Source: the human T2T-CHM13v2.0 reference genome, Homo sapiens
Length of the DNA stretch: 64,000 nucleotides
NCBI RefSeq assembly: GCF_009914755.1
Contig: NC_060928.1
Direction: 5' to 3' (one strand)
The notes under the pieces were generated by a model. The model was not told the DNA's origin and ran no database searches. It was given only the letters and a program-made list of their open reading frames with translations. Below are positions 27,020-40,047 of this stretch, one piece after another. The translations under genes were made by a program, and so were the position numbers. Each line of letters begins with the position of its first letter. The first letter of the stretch is position 1.

Positions 27020-30000
27020 GGTTTCCTTTATCTTCTTGCTCTGTGAAACCTGGTTGGCTCCTGTTAACACTGATTTGCCCCAAAGACCTTACAAGTGCGA
27101 GATGTTTTTTTCTGCCACTCTCCACTTATGCAAGGTCAATGTACTCCTTGTGTGCTGATGCTGATCAAACTCTTCTTTGTACTTCCTCAGAAGCTCAAGC
27201 TCTATGATATATATGCAGTCAGACTTTCCCACTTCTTCCTAGTTGCAGTTACTACTGACGCCCAGCCCACTCCTCCCATTTTTTTCATCACTTGACTCAT
27301 TGTCTTCCTCCTCACTTGTCTGCCTATTCTTTGTTGGCTGTTTCAGTATCCAGGTAAATGTTAGATACACCCAAAACTCTGATCCCCCTGTTCATATACT
27401 CTTTAGCTCCAACAGTGATTTTTTTTTCTTTTCTTCTTTTTTTTGTATTTTTAATTTTACCTCAGCCACCATTTCCATAGTCTGGCACCAGAATTTGTTA
27501 TCACAAAAATCTAAACCCATTTTCAAACATCCCACTCCCTATTCACCATCTCCATCTATCAGTTCATATGCTGCATTTTGTCTTAACCAAGAATTATCTG
27601 ACTTATCAAAAGTTATTTTATTTTCTTGTTCATATTAATTATGTTTTAGTCTACTAATCACTTTCCTTCTTCTACATGTAACTTCAATGTTTCAACAACT
27701 TAATGTTCTTGTTGAGTTCCCTTAACTCGTTTACCTTTGTTTTCCAAATTACTTGCCTTAAAAAAATTCCAATTATGGCTTTACTAAGTTACCTTTGTAT
27801 CACTTTCCTGGATCTGTATGTTTGAATATTGTAGGAAAAAAAAAAAACTATGCAAGAGTGATGACTGAATTCCTTTCTAATTAGTGGTCAGGAATATAAA
27901 ATACAAACTCAATAATGCCAGTCAATACTACCATTCTTCCCTATACATAAACCAATTCCTCCCTGTATTAGTCAGGGTTCTCTGGAGGGATAGAATTAAT
28001 GGAATAGATGTATATATAAAGGGGAGTTTATTAAATAGTATTAACTCACATGATCACAAGGTCCCTCAATAGTCCATCTGCAAGCTGAGGAACAAGGAAG
28101 CCAGTCGGAGTCCCAAAGCCTAAGAACCTGGAGTTCGATGTTCGAGGTCAGGAAACATCAAGCACGGGAGTAAGATGTTGGCTGGGAGGCTAAGCCAGTC
28201 TAATCTCTCCACCTCTTCTGCCTGCTTTATTCTACCCATGCTGGTAGCTGATTGGATGGTGCCCACTCATATTGAGGGTTGATCTGCCTTTCCCAGTCCA
28301 CTGACTCAAATGTTAATCTCCTTTGGCAATACCCTTACAGACACACCCAGAAACAATACTTTGCATCCTTCAATCCAATCAAGATGACATTCAATATTAA
28401 CCATCATACTCTGTGTCAGGTAGCATACTCATAATTTCCTGAGTCAAATCCTTACTTACTTCCACTCCCTCTCATATGGTGACTCCAACATAAAAGTCAT
28501 AAGAATATTGATGCCATATTGAGAGAAGTATCTCATTAACCCACCATCAGTTTTATCAACCTAGCTAAATTTGTGACCATATATTTTCTTCATGTTAAAG
28601 TGGAGGATACTTCCCTGTTTCCTTTAAGAGCTAAGCCCTCCCTCACTACCAATACCCCTTTTTCCTTTTACTCTTGCCTTTCGAATTAAGTTCTGGCAAT
28701 ATAATTCTTTTTTCTCTATATTACTATCTGTATCCTTAAGGAATGAATTCAAGTGCAGTTATTTTATCCACTCGGGGATAAAAAATAAAAATGATGTAAA
28801 AAAAAATCAAGAAGAAACTTCTTTCATTTCCATATCTGATCCAAATGCTGCCCGATCCAAAAGTTTCTTGTCTGCTTTACAGAGTAACTTCTCAAAATGC
28901 AAGGTATCTGAAAGTAGATATGCTACAAAAAGCCCCCAAAATCTCTAAAGAGTAGACATATAGTATATCTATTACATTCTTTTTGAATAAACAACTGAAA
29001 TGTTGGTTTTAAATTTAGAGGTGCCACAATTTAAAAGGTGTCTGGAAGCTAAAAACAATATTATAAGAAATAAAGTAATTAACAAGTTAAAATATTGGAA
29101 ATTATTGGAAAATGTAACTAACATTTAAAGATAAGTTTATTCCATGCTTTCCACCTTTTTCGGACATACTAGTCTAAACTCATTCTTTTGTATTTTCTGC
29201 TTGTTCATGGCTATGCTTTTCTCATTTTATTCTGGTTGTATGTTTGTCTCTACAACCCCACTGTATTGCTATTAATTAAGGTGATCAAAGAGTGTTGATT
29301 AATTTCTCTTTTTCTTTTACTCTACCATTCAGTAGCTTTAGTTGTGATAGACTTGATCCTCTTTCTTATTAGTATTTACTATGTATTTTTTGTTTTGGGG
29401 AAATACCGTTTTCTAAAATTCCCCTTGATCTCACTGTCTATCTTTCTCAGCCTTATTTGCAGACTTCCTTTAAAAATATTAGAGTATTCCAGGGGTCTTA
29501 CTTTGACAGTCTTCTGTTTTCACTTTCTATTCTCTTTCTATATGAACTTGCTCTTTTCTGTGCATCTAATCACCAACTACATACTGATATCTCCTAGATT
29601 GCTACTCCTAATTTAGACACCTTCTAATTGGTGATAAATCTTAGCTATCTGAAAGCCTTTCTCATCTTACTGTATGTCAACAAAATCTATTCTTTTGAAT
29701 CAGACAAAAATCCAGGAATTATTTTAAATTCCTCCCTTTTCTTCATATACCATCAGTAAACATTTTGACTTTACTGCCAAAACATGGTCTGATGATTACT
29801 ACTTTTCTTCAGCTTCTCTACAACCACCATCATAAGACCTCATCAGGACTACCTAAAACTCTAACTCATCTCACAGTCATTACTCTTGCGCTACTGCAAT
29901 GCATCCACTATTGGACAGTCAGTGTGATTATTCTCAAGTACAGAGTAGATGACGTCAGTCTCCTTCAATAGTTGATCAAGACATTTGTAACAAAATTGAA

Positions 30001-30260
30001 AACTATAACCAAGCCTGAAAGTCCTGCAACATCTGTACCCTGCTTACTTGATCCATTTCTTACCAATCTTTTCTTTACTGCCTATGATACTTTCGTAATT
30101 TTTTAACCTCAGATATTCCAGATTTTTCTATGTTAGATTTTCACTCTTGTTCATCCATACACTTCAAATGTTCTTTCTTTGATCTTAAGAATCCTGCTTT
30201 CTTCACATTTAGATTTATGCCCAAGTGTCGCTTCTTCAGGCCTTCTCTGAGCACTCAACA
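27020..30260 (+). mobile_element. Long L2 spanning ORF2 endonuclease and RT remnants, interrupted by MLT2A1
   Basis: ETWL at 27045-27056; VGCFSIQVN (like GDFNIHVD) and FTSAT in ORF 27243..27638; GVPQG-like at about 29482; YADD-like at about 29575. Confidence 0.7.
27964..28408 (-). mobile_element. MLT2A1 (HERV-L solo LTR)
   Basis: tgtattagtcagggttctct...ccttcaatccaatcaag..aatattaaccatcata; 445 bp. Confidence 0.93.
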
Positions 30261-30329
30261 GCGTCCCCTGCAGTTCTCTAGAGTTTCTGTTCACTGCCCT
30301 GTTCTCTAGTACTCTGCTTCAAAAATACT

Positions 30330-30625
30330 GACTGGCTTACTCTCCCTAATCTCAGATATCTGTCTCCTTAATCCAGAGAGAACCCCAGGCTTGGTTTGAG
30401 TTTCCCCCACCGTACAGCATTCTGAAAACTGTTTATCAGTGATCCACAAGCAGAAGTAATTTTAGGACTTTGCTTAATTACCACCTCCCAACACTCAGAG
30501 AACACAGTCCTGCATTGCTTTTGCAATCTATCTGTAATTTTTTTGTGTAATAAATTTGTCTACTTTTTTTTAAAGCTTTAAGACAAGTCTGGTCTCTGTT
30601 GCTCTATCATGCTTAGAAACAGAAA
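30330..30625 (-). mobile_element. Ancient L1M 5'-end fragment
   Basis: Resembles the L1M 5' block at 50630-50920 (tctggtctctgttgctctatcatgcttagaaacagaa). Confidence 0.55.
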
Positions 30626-31157
30626 CTGAATGGTTTTAGACACACACTTCATTAAGGACATGTTGTTTCACATGGTTTCCTACTTAAAAAAAAAAAAGAA
30701 AACAAACAAATTCTAAGAAAAGAAATTTAGAAGAATTTGAATAGTTTGAGGTGTATTAGTTGCTTTATTCTATTGGTATAGTTTAATATTTTTGATATTG
30801 TTAGTATATTATGATATCAAACTGTCCTGTTCTTCCAGATTTGTGTAGGATGAAAATATAAACTGAGACTTTGTTTAACATCTAATTAATAAGGCATAAA
30901 CACCACCTAATTATATGATTTATCAACTTTCCTCTCAGACAGGTAGAAATACTTGGCCTAAGAAGAAACTCTTTCATCTTTTTTTGCTTCTTATTTTCTT
31001 TGCAGTTTTACTGTTGACATAAAAAATTACCATGTGTTATGATCTTAAAAGCCTGTCAGGAGGGGAGAACAAAATTTCCATCGATTCTTAAATGTAGAAA
31101 TCTACCTGTAAAAAAGACAGTTTTTTTTTATAGTGGGAGAGATGTGATTTTCCCAAG

Positions 31158-31203
31158 TATGTGTGTATGTGTGCATATGTATGTGTGTGTGTGTGTGTGT
31201 GTT
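31158..31203. repeat. Imperfect (TG)n microsatellite
   Basis: tatgtgtgtatgtgtgcatatgtatgtgtgtgtgtgtgtgtgtgt. Confidence 0.9.
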
Positions 31204-32317
31204 CATAATTTTCCACATAGTTAATTTGCGTTTGTTTAAAAATTTTAGAAATAGTAATTTATAAATCTAATCTATTTGAGTTATATATCTTATATCATGA
31301 AATTCGATGAAAGCAGGACTTTAACATGATAATTTTAATGACTATTCTTACAGACTTTATCTTCCAAATTTATTTATAATAAGGCTGCAAATGTGGCTTT
31401 ATATATTTATTAAGATAAATGTACATACATAAAATACACATACATTCATAAAAAGTAAATTTCATGTGTGTGGACTGGTTTATATACAGTGGCAAAGTTT
31501 GCAAACACAGTTTTTTTCATTTAAAATATTTATATTTTGATAATAAAATGATTAACATGCCAGTTATAAAAATATGCTTTATCCTCTGATTTTCTTTTTG
31601 AATTTCATAAGAAAGTTATGCTTATTTGAGATGGATTGATAATTTGTAATCAACTACAGATTAAACAATTTCTTATAATCTCTTATTCACCAATCCATAA
31701 TAATCACAGTTATATATGTTGAAAATAAATTGGATTCTAGATGGTGATATTTTATATAAAAATTGTCAACATGCCAAGAATTGACTAAGACCAAAGCACA
31801 CTAGAATATGGTGATTATGGGTTAAAGAAAGTGAACAACTTCCCAAAGCACAAAGGAATTTCAGTATAAGAAAGACCTCTATTGAAAGGAAACAAGGAAC
31901 GGAAGTGTTCATGACAACAATGGAAGTTATCCATACATTATTTCCAGGGTTCAGAGAGGAAGAAAACCCTCAAAATAAGCATTTAAGTGCTCAGGAAATA
32001 TGCTCAGATACTACTCTCCTAGGTTCCCTACTGCAGACAAGTAATGCAGAATAGGTGAGCAAGCACAGGATGTGTAGCCATTTACCTTTAGATGCCTTCA
32101 TGATTCCACTGGTGGTATTAAGAGAGCATAAGATTTCTACAATTAAGGGAGAACTATGAATAACAAGGTAATCCAATGATTCTAAGATGAGAAGGAGCCT
32201 GTACATTTCAACAAATCAGGTTTCTTGATGATATATAAAGTTGTTTCCTAAGTCAAGTGGTGAAAAAAGTTGACTTGCCATAACTATCAATGCCATCCTC
32301 TTTAAAGAACCTAAGGA

Positions 32318-32756
<439 letters not shown>

Positions 32757-33589
32757 TCAAACATTCATCTATTTGACAGCCATAGAATTTTTCAAAACTA
32801 TTATACAGTACTTTTATTAAGAGGCACTTATAGCTTATTGACTGTTTAAAGTTACATTTAATTTTTATTAGCAATTTACCAATGCAGTTATTGAAAATTT
32901 TTACTTAATCAGATATGAAACAGTTTTTAAAACCTTAAGAGGTGGTATTGAGAAAAAAAAAACTTAAAAAAAAAAACTCAATGTAATTACCAAAAGGAGA
33001 ATTATACAGGTAACAATCGATCAATCACACAATCCACCCTATACCACATACACCATACCAATAATTCAGATTATCTGATCTACCTGCCAGAAGTTAGCAC
33101 TTGAGCCTCATTTTACTCTGCTGTCCTGCTTAGCTGAGTCCTAGCTGGTCGATTACTGCTTTTCTCCCTTTGTATCCTGTGATTTTGAGGTTCCTGGGTG
33201 TCTGTATCAGTATGTACAGCTTTCTAATGATCTTGGATTTCATCTCTTTAATTTTCCTTATCTTTTTCATTGCCATTTTCTAGGTTGTGTCTGAGGAAAA
33301 GGACCTCTGCAGAATTGTATTTTATAACCCCAATGCGTATTTTCCATCTGTCCAGTTCCCTTTGTTCCCTGCACCCTGGGCACCACCATTGTCTATCACT
33401 TTCCCCGAAAACAGGCTTGGAATAATGGGTATTCCCATGCAGAAGATGGGGCACCATTTGCTGAAGCTGGAAGCATTTGTTACTTCTGTGTCTTGACCTT
33501 GCTGCAAATCTTTGTGATCATAGGACCAGGGACACTTTTCACATCCAATTCCCCTAGAAGTTTTTTCCTACAATACAAAGTTAAAAAGT

Positions 33590-34870
33590 GCTATTGAATT
33601 CTATTTAATAATTCTGTATTTAAATTTTTTATTTCTATTCATAAGTGAAATTGGCCTGTAATTGTAATATACTGTATCATCTTTTTCAGGTCTTGAAGTC
33701 ATTTTCTCACCTTCTTTTTAAAAATTACTTCAGAAGTTTCCTTAAAGTTTTTCTTTTTGAAAACAGAATAGAGAATATTTTTTTTTTCTATTCTTGGATA
33801 TTGTTTAAAATAAATTTAGGACTCTCTGTTTCTAAAAGCCCCCTGTGAATTCATATAGATCTGGGAAATTTTTGTAACGGGCCTTTTTTTTTTTTTTCCC
33901 TTGAGTAATCTCTCTATTTTCTAAGGAAAGTAGTAATTTAAATTTTCTTAACTAAGGTCAATTTCTTCTTTGTCACTGTGCTAAAAACTGCCTCTTCATT
34001 TACTTTTGATATGCTACTTATACACAGTTTATTTTTTTGTAAAATTACCAGTGTGATTCAGGTTTCAAAATACATTTGCAAAAATGATTTTTAATAAATT
34101 GTCTTCATTTATTGTTTTGGTATTTGTGTTTTCTCTTTTTTAAAAAAATCAGGTTATTTAATCCTGTATGTTTGCTGTTTTTCAAGGCATACTTTATTTA
34201 TTTTGTTACTTTTTTTCTAACACAGTAAGTTTGGCTTATATCTCTATTGATTTTTTTGATGTTCTTTATTTTAGGTTGTTTCATTGTTTTAGTTTTATCT
34301 TTTTGGAAGCAGGTGTCAATTTCATTTATGATTTATTGATAGCTGTGTTAAGGCTATGAACTTTTCTCTGAACATAGCTTTGGTTATGTTGTATAGAGTT
34401 TGATACATCAAGATATCATTGTGAATTTATAACAATTCTTCAATTTCTGTGTATATTTCACCTTTGACCCCATATATTTTTAAATCATATTTTGTAGTGG
34501 TGGTTGTTTGTTTTATGTTTCCTGGTAGAAGAGGCAATTGGTTTTTTGACATTACTATTAATTTTTGACTTAATTTCATTGTGGCCAAATTAACATGTGT
34601 GTACAATTAGTGGTATATATTCTGAGTTAAGATTGTCCTTGTTTTAATGTGTGGTTAGCTTTTATAAATGTTGTATGAGTTTTTGAAAATAAACTGTATT
34701 CCTTAGTATTGGAACTCAGAGTTAAAAGTACCATATTGCATGCACTTTTCAGTTCCTCTATAGCCTTACTGATTTATTGCCTTCTTCATCTACCTGAGCA
34801 AGACAGACACATTAAAGTCTCATGCTTGTTATGCGCTTCCTTCTGTTTCCCCTTTGGTGTCCTATAGATT
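33590..34870 (-). mobile_element. Old L1M ORF2 remnant
   Basis: T-rich antisense L1 blocks: ttcataagtgaaattggcctgtaatt, taaggctatgaacttttctctgaacatagcttt, ttaatttcattgtggcca. Confidence 0.75.
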
Positions 34871-34884
34871 CTTAGTTTGACAAG

Positions 34885-35210
34885 AGGCTGGTGAGTTGAA
34901 GGGATTTAAAGAAGAAAGGTAAATAATGCCTTCCAAATGAGAGTCACATCGGAGCCATAGTCAAGGACCAGGTCATGTGAGGCTTTGTGAAACATGATTA
35001 AGAGTTTTGGATTTTGTTTTAAGGCAAATGAAGTCTTTGAGGCATGTTTAATGGGCAGTGACAGGATCTCTTGACTTGTGTGATTTTGCTGTTGTGTGGA
35101 TAATGCAATGGGAAGAAGGGGGAAAGAAGCAGGAACAGTTAGGGGCTGTGGCAGTGATCACCCATATTAATGTGGTGGCATTAAAACTGGAGAGAAAGGC
35201 AAGGATTCAA
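34885..35210 (-). mobile_element. L2 fragment
   Basis: ggaccaggtcatgtgaggctttgtgaaacatgattaagagttttggattttg. Confidence 0.7.
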
Positions 35211-35420
35211 AGTGGGGTCAAGCTCTAGTTTCTCAGAGCATAGCGTTTACAAGAAAGTGATGCTAACTAATGTAGATTTAGGGTCATTCTCAGGAAAGAA
35301 TGTGTACTCTATGCCTATATTTGTGACTGTAGGACCTATTCTAACTGGAATAGTCATGGACTATGTCTTTTTCAAGGTATATTTATGGATTCTCAAAAGT
35401 GCTCTAATGTGAATGACAAA

Positions 35421-35508
35421 TTATACGGCAAAATCTTCTCATATGGATGGAGACCCTTTGGGGTTTATATGGCCAAATCTTTTCATATGGATGGAAACCC
35501 TTTAGGGT
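35421..35508. repeat. Tandem duplication of a 44-bp unit
   Basis: ttatacggcaaaatcttctcatatggatggagaccctttggggt / ttatatggccaaatcttttcatatggatggaaaccctttagggt (5 mismatches). Confidence 0.95.
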
Positions 35509-35834
35509 GGGAGCCAAGGAGTTGAAGGTTATTGTAAATTGGGGTATGGATGACATGCCCGATTTTGAAAGATAATCACTCTTGGTTTAATGCTGATGAT
35601 TTAGCATACATATTAAAAATACTTAGTAGAAAGATACTACATATCCAATCTAAGCAATATCTATCACAAAGCAGGAAAGCTATTTTCATAACAAAAATAT
35701 ACACTACTAAAAACTATGTATGCTTTTCTAAGCTAAAAACATGAATAAATATATTTTTGCAATAAAATACATGTCATTTGTTTTCTTTAGATGTCCACTT
35801 TATATTTGTTTTATAATTTACTGTGCTTTAGTGC

Positions 35835-36070
35835 ACTAATAATGATAACTAACACTTCTATATGGTTTTCATAGCTTATCCTTTTCTAAGTACTTTACAT
35901 AATAATTCATTTAATCTTTACAAACCTTTGAGGAAATACCACTTTAAATGAATAATTATCCTTTTAATAAGTGAGATTTCAAAATTAATGAACAGATATG
36001 GTTATGATATTTAATGTGACCTCATGAAATAAATTAATAAACGTAGAGCTATAAAAATTAGGCTTTGTGA
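35835..36070 (-). mobile_element. MIR
   Basis: aataatgataactaacactt, ttctaagtactttacat, tcatttaatctttacaa. Confidence 0.65.
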
Positions 36071-36086
36071 TTTTAAAAAAATCATT

Positions 36087-36160
36087 TTCCCTTCCCTTCC
36101 TTCTTTCCTTCCTTCCCTCCTTCCTTCTTTCCTTTCCTTCCTTCCTTCCTTCCTTCCTTC
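36087..36160. repeat. (TTCC)n microsatellite derived from an Alu tail
   Basis: ttcc units directly before tgagacag. Confidence 0.95.
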
Positions 36161-36536
36161 TGAGACAGCACCTCTCTGTCAGCCAAGATGGAGTGAGTGG
36201 CGTCATCACAGCTCACTGCAGCCCTAACCTACGAGGCTCAATGAATCCTTCCAGGAATATAGGCATGCACCATGAGGCCTGGCTAATATTTTTTTGTATG
36301 TTTTGCAGAGACGGTGTTTTGTAGAGACTTCATTTTTTTTTTTGTAGAGACTTTATTTTGTTTAACTATTCTTTTACTCAGAAGTATATTTTTAAGATAG
36401 CTCCTGTTGCCCAGGAGCTCAAGCCAGCCTAGGCAACATGAAAACAACCCATCTCTACAAAAAATAGGCTCCCCTCTGCACCTGTCTCCACCTCTCAAAA
36501 TGCTGGGATTACAGACATAAGCCACAGCACCTGGCT
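36161..36536 (-). mobile_element. Rearranged AluJ
   Basis: atcacagctcactgcagcc (AluJ); internal non-Alu insert and inverted left-arm piece; ends gctgggattacagacataagccacagcacctggc. Confidence 0.88.
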
Positions 36537-36994
36537 ACATTTCCTAGTTCTTTATGTCTTAAATCATTAATGTATTTGCCTTTTTATTCTATAATTTAAT
36601 CCAACAAGAAATATATACATAAAAGATCAAATATTAATTTTAAATTTTAGTTAGACATACCATTTTTAAACACTAATTTGAACCATATATGCAAAGAGTT
36701 GAGTTAATCACCCTCCACTCTTCATGCCACACTATCATTGATACTTGATCAACTTTTTTTAATGTATCTTTTCTCCATGTTTTGTTTCCCATTCTCTTAC
36801 CCTTACGAGAAAACATGGATTTATTTTTATTTGTACATTACCATAAAACTTGTATTATTATTTTCTCTAAGTAAATTGAATTTATCTTTATAGAGATGTA
36901 TTCCAGACTTCATTTTGTTTAACTATTCTTTTTCAGGATTACATTTTTAAGATAATATCGTATTATAGCTGAAGTATGTGTGTAACAGCTAGTG

Positions 36995-37910
36995 CTTCTA
37001 GATGGGATATAATCAACTTGCAACCAAGTGGCCAGCTGGTCTCCTTAAACAATGATGTTCTGTTACGCACTCACTTTGTCGTCTGTGGCTGGCAGGTTGG
37101 ACATTTCAATGTGACAGTAGCTAGATTAGGCTTGGTAAGTAGGAGTCTATTATGCTGTGCCAATGAGCAGCCTCTGTCTCTGCCACTGCAGCCACTATGT
37201 TTATGCACTCGTGTGGCAATTTTGCCATGGCTGGTGTAAAAAACTGGCTAAAGATAACAGGCCAGACTTTTTAGCTACTTTGTTGTTTAGGGCCTCTTCC
37301 TAAACATGGAAGATGTCCTATGGGGAGTACTAATATCCGATAAAAATCACCACACTTTGTGTCTACTGCCATGTGTCCATTTACATGCCTCTGTCACTAG
37401 AACTCATTATTTCTGATCTTACAACCTTTATCTTTCACATTTGACCAGCTGGTCAGGAAATTAACCATGGTGCATAAGCTATATATAATAACATCAAATA
37501 ACTCATCTTCTCAACCATAGTGACAGATCAGGTGCACTGCCTGAAGCTCTAGGCATTGAGAGCATTTTCTCTTATGGTTGTGCTTAAAGGCAACCTCTGT
37601 AGTGCTTGCATAGTACAGACGCATTTCACTTTTTATCTTACACCACCTACAAAGCTAACCCACATGTGAACCAAAGCTCCTCCTTCAGCTAGCTGTACAG
37701 ATTTTCTATACAGTTACGGTTGCAAGCTGAGAAGAATAGTGGTGGGTGACAGAGCAGTGAGGGATATCTATTCATGCAGCTTTCTTGTGCACTCTGATCC
37801 TGCTTGTGCTTAATCCCAGTGGGTGTACTTCTTCCATAAGAAGTAGGAAACTATATGAGCCTTGATGAGTTGGGTTATTGTCGGTCACATCCAACCTTAT
37901 GACTCGGTGA
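36995..37910 (-). mobile_element. ERVL internal pol remnant (RNase H/integrase), ERV3-16A3/ERVL-E-like
   Basis: Minus strand reads GDQLATWLQVDYI, LLTKPNLAT..CPTCQ and AVHL/WS..W-like RNase H blocks. Confidence 0.8.
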
Positions 37911-37972
37911 GCATAGTAGCTTTCTATTGTTGTCATAAGAAATCCCCAGAAACTAAGTGGCCTAAATAACAC

Positions 37973-38065
37973 ATTTTTTTGTTGTTTGTTCATTGATGCA
38001 TAACATTTGTACATATTTAAGGGGTATTTGTGATAGTTTGATACATGCATACAATGTGGTATAAT
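37973..38065 (-). mobile_element. L1MA extreme 3' end
   Basis: ttgtacatatttaaggggtatttgtgatagtttgatacatgcatacaatgtg. Confidence 0.8.
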
Positions 38066-38351
38066 TCCATATGCTTTATTGGCTCTTGCTGAAATGGCTG
38101 AAGGACAACACCCTTAAACTCCCTAGATGCTCTGTAATTTTATTGAGAGGATGGGATAATCACATTGTGGATCATATTAAAGAGCCTTTGTGTGTCTGAA
38201 TACTTTAAACTTTTAATCTTTCTGAGGTATTAGCAGAGGTTTTATAGGCACGTCCTTGGCTTTTTCTTCTAAAGCACATTTCATGATAGTGAAATGTAGC
38301 ATATTTTGCAATATGGATAGACTGATAATTTCCCAAATCTTCCAGCCTTGG

Positions 38352-38425
38352 TTTCTTTCTTTCTTTTCTTTTTTTTTTTTTCTTGAGACAGAGTCTCGCT
38401 CTGCCACCCAGGCTGGAGTGCAGTG
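38352..38425 (-). mobile_element. Severely 5'-truncated Alu (about 40 bp plus tail)
   Basis: T tail then gagacagagtctcgctctgccacccaggctggagtgcagtg; TSD-like gtttcttt on both sides. Confidence 0.88.
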
Positions 38426-38749
38426 TTTCTTTTAATTAAACAGTTCATCCCTTAATTTATCTCTTTCCTTTTGCATTTTACTATAAGTGGCATAAAGAAA
38501 CCAGGCTGAACCTTCAACACTTTCCTCAAACATTTTCTCAGCTTACTGTTCATTTTTGCCATTTACAAGTTTTGGTTTTCAAATGACTGCAGGAAACAAT
38601 TACACTAAGCTTTCTGCCATTATGAAACAACAATCCTTTTTGTTCCAATTTCTAGTTGCATGTTCCTCTTTTTCTTTCTCTAAGCCCTCACCAACAGTGA
38701 CTTTAATGTTTGTACTTTTACTCATATTTTGTTCACAAAAATTTAGGTA

Positions 38750-39070
38750 GTGTTGTTCCTCAGTCATAGCAGGGGATTGGTTCCAGGACCCCACACAGAT
38801 ACTTAAATCTGTTAATGCTCAAGTACTCTACATAAAATGGTGTAGTATTTGCATATAACCTATGCATATCTTCCTGTATACAGTAATAATCTCTAGACTA
38901 CTTATAATACTTGATACAATGTAAATGCTATGTAAATAGTTGTTATACTGTATTATTCTATTTGTTTTATTTTTATTGTCATATTGTTATTTTTAACTTT
39001 TTAAAAATATTTTAAATCTGGTGTTGGTTGAATTATGGATGTGGGTCCCTTGGATATGCAGGGCTGACTG
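38750..39070 (+). mobile_element. MER2B-like Tigger element nested in the MaLR internal region
   Basis: ggggattggttccaggacccc, ctctagactacttataatac, gggctgactg|TA. Confidence 0.88.
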
Positions 39071-39912
39071 TATTCTCTAAGAAGATTTATGTTGCCCTTA
39101 CCATGTTCCTCACTTCTGCCTGAGTACTCACTGGTAGAATTGTTAACATCCCTGTTTCTACTAACAGGATATTTAAGGTAATCTGTGCTTTCTCTGTCCT
39201 TCTTCTCAAAATTCACCCAGCCTCTACTTACTGCCAATTTCAGAATTACTTCTACAATTTTAGGTATTTGGTACAGCAGCACTCCATCCCCACATGAAAA
39301 TCTTTCTTTAATTTTCACTGTTGCCATAACAAAGTACTACAAACTCAGTAGCATAAAACAAAACAAATGTGATATCTTACATTTTAGCAGGTCAGAATTC
39401 TGACAAGAGCTAAAATCAAGCTGCCATCAGGGCTGCATTCTATCTGAAGGCTGTAAAGGATTATTTGTACTCTTGCCTTTTCTGGCTTTAGAGGCCTCCC
39501 ATGCTTTTTTGCTCCTGACCATCTTCTCTATCCTCAGTGCACTGAGGTCACAACTCACTGAGCATTGTTCCAACATAATATGTCATTCTGGCCACAGCCT
39601 GGAAAGGTCCTGCACTTTTGGGAACTCATGATTAGATTGGGCCCACTACGATATTTTAGGATAGTGTCCCCATCTCAAGTTCTGTAATTGAAACCATATA
39701 TGTGAAATCCCTTTATCTACATAAGGAAAAACATTCACAGGTACCAAAGTTACGGCATGAACATCTTTGGGTGGGTGGGTGGGGCACTATTCTGCATACC
39801 ACCATGGGTCAATCAGGACCAGATTTTAATGATCAAATCTAGCTCCATGGTCGTTTGGTGTCCTGTGTGTTTTGTATTTACGAGGACCTAGTAATATATC
39901 AAAAAACCCATT

Positions 39913-40047
39913 TGCCTTCTGCCATGATTGTGTGTTTCCTGAGGCCTCTCCAGCCATACTGAACTCTGAGTCAGTTAAACTTCTTTCCTTCTTAAATTAC
40001 ACAATCTTGGGCAGTTCTTTATAGCAGTATGAAAACAGGCTAATACA
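39913..40047 (+). mobile_element. THE1/MST LTR 3' end
   Basis: tgccttctgccatgattgtg..ttcctgaggcctctccagcca..ctttatagcagtatgaaaacaggctaataca. Confidence 0.85.

Larger units (their letters stand above)
37915..39803 (-). mobile_element. MLT1C-like MaLR: LTR (about 39305-39803), internal sequence (about 38070-39300) and stub of the second LTR
   Basis: LTR gattagattgggccca, acattcacagg, tattctgcataccac; internal ttttactataag, aagctttctgcca, ttaggtatttggtacagcagcactcc. Confidence 0.8.

Noticed and set aside
30820-31010. Possible exon plus strong acceptor tttctttgcag at 31005
   Set aside because: Implied intron is only about 63 nt and no reading frame is open.
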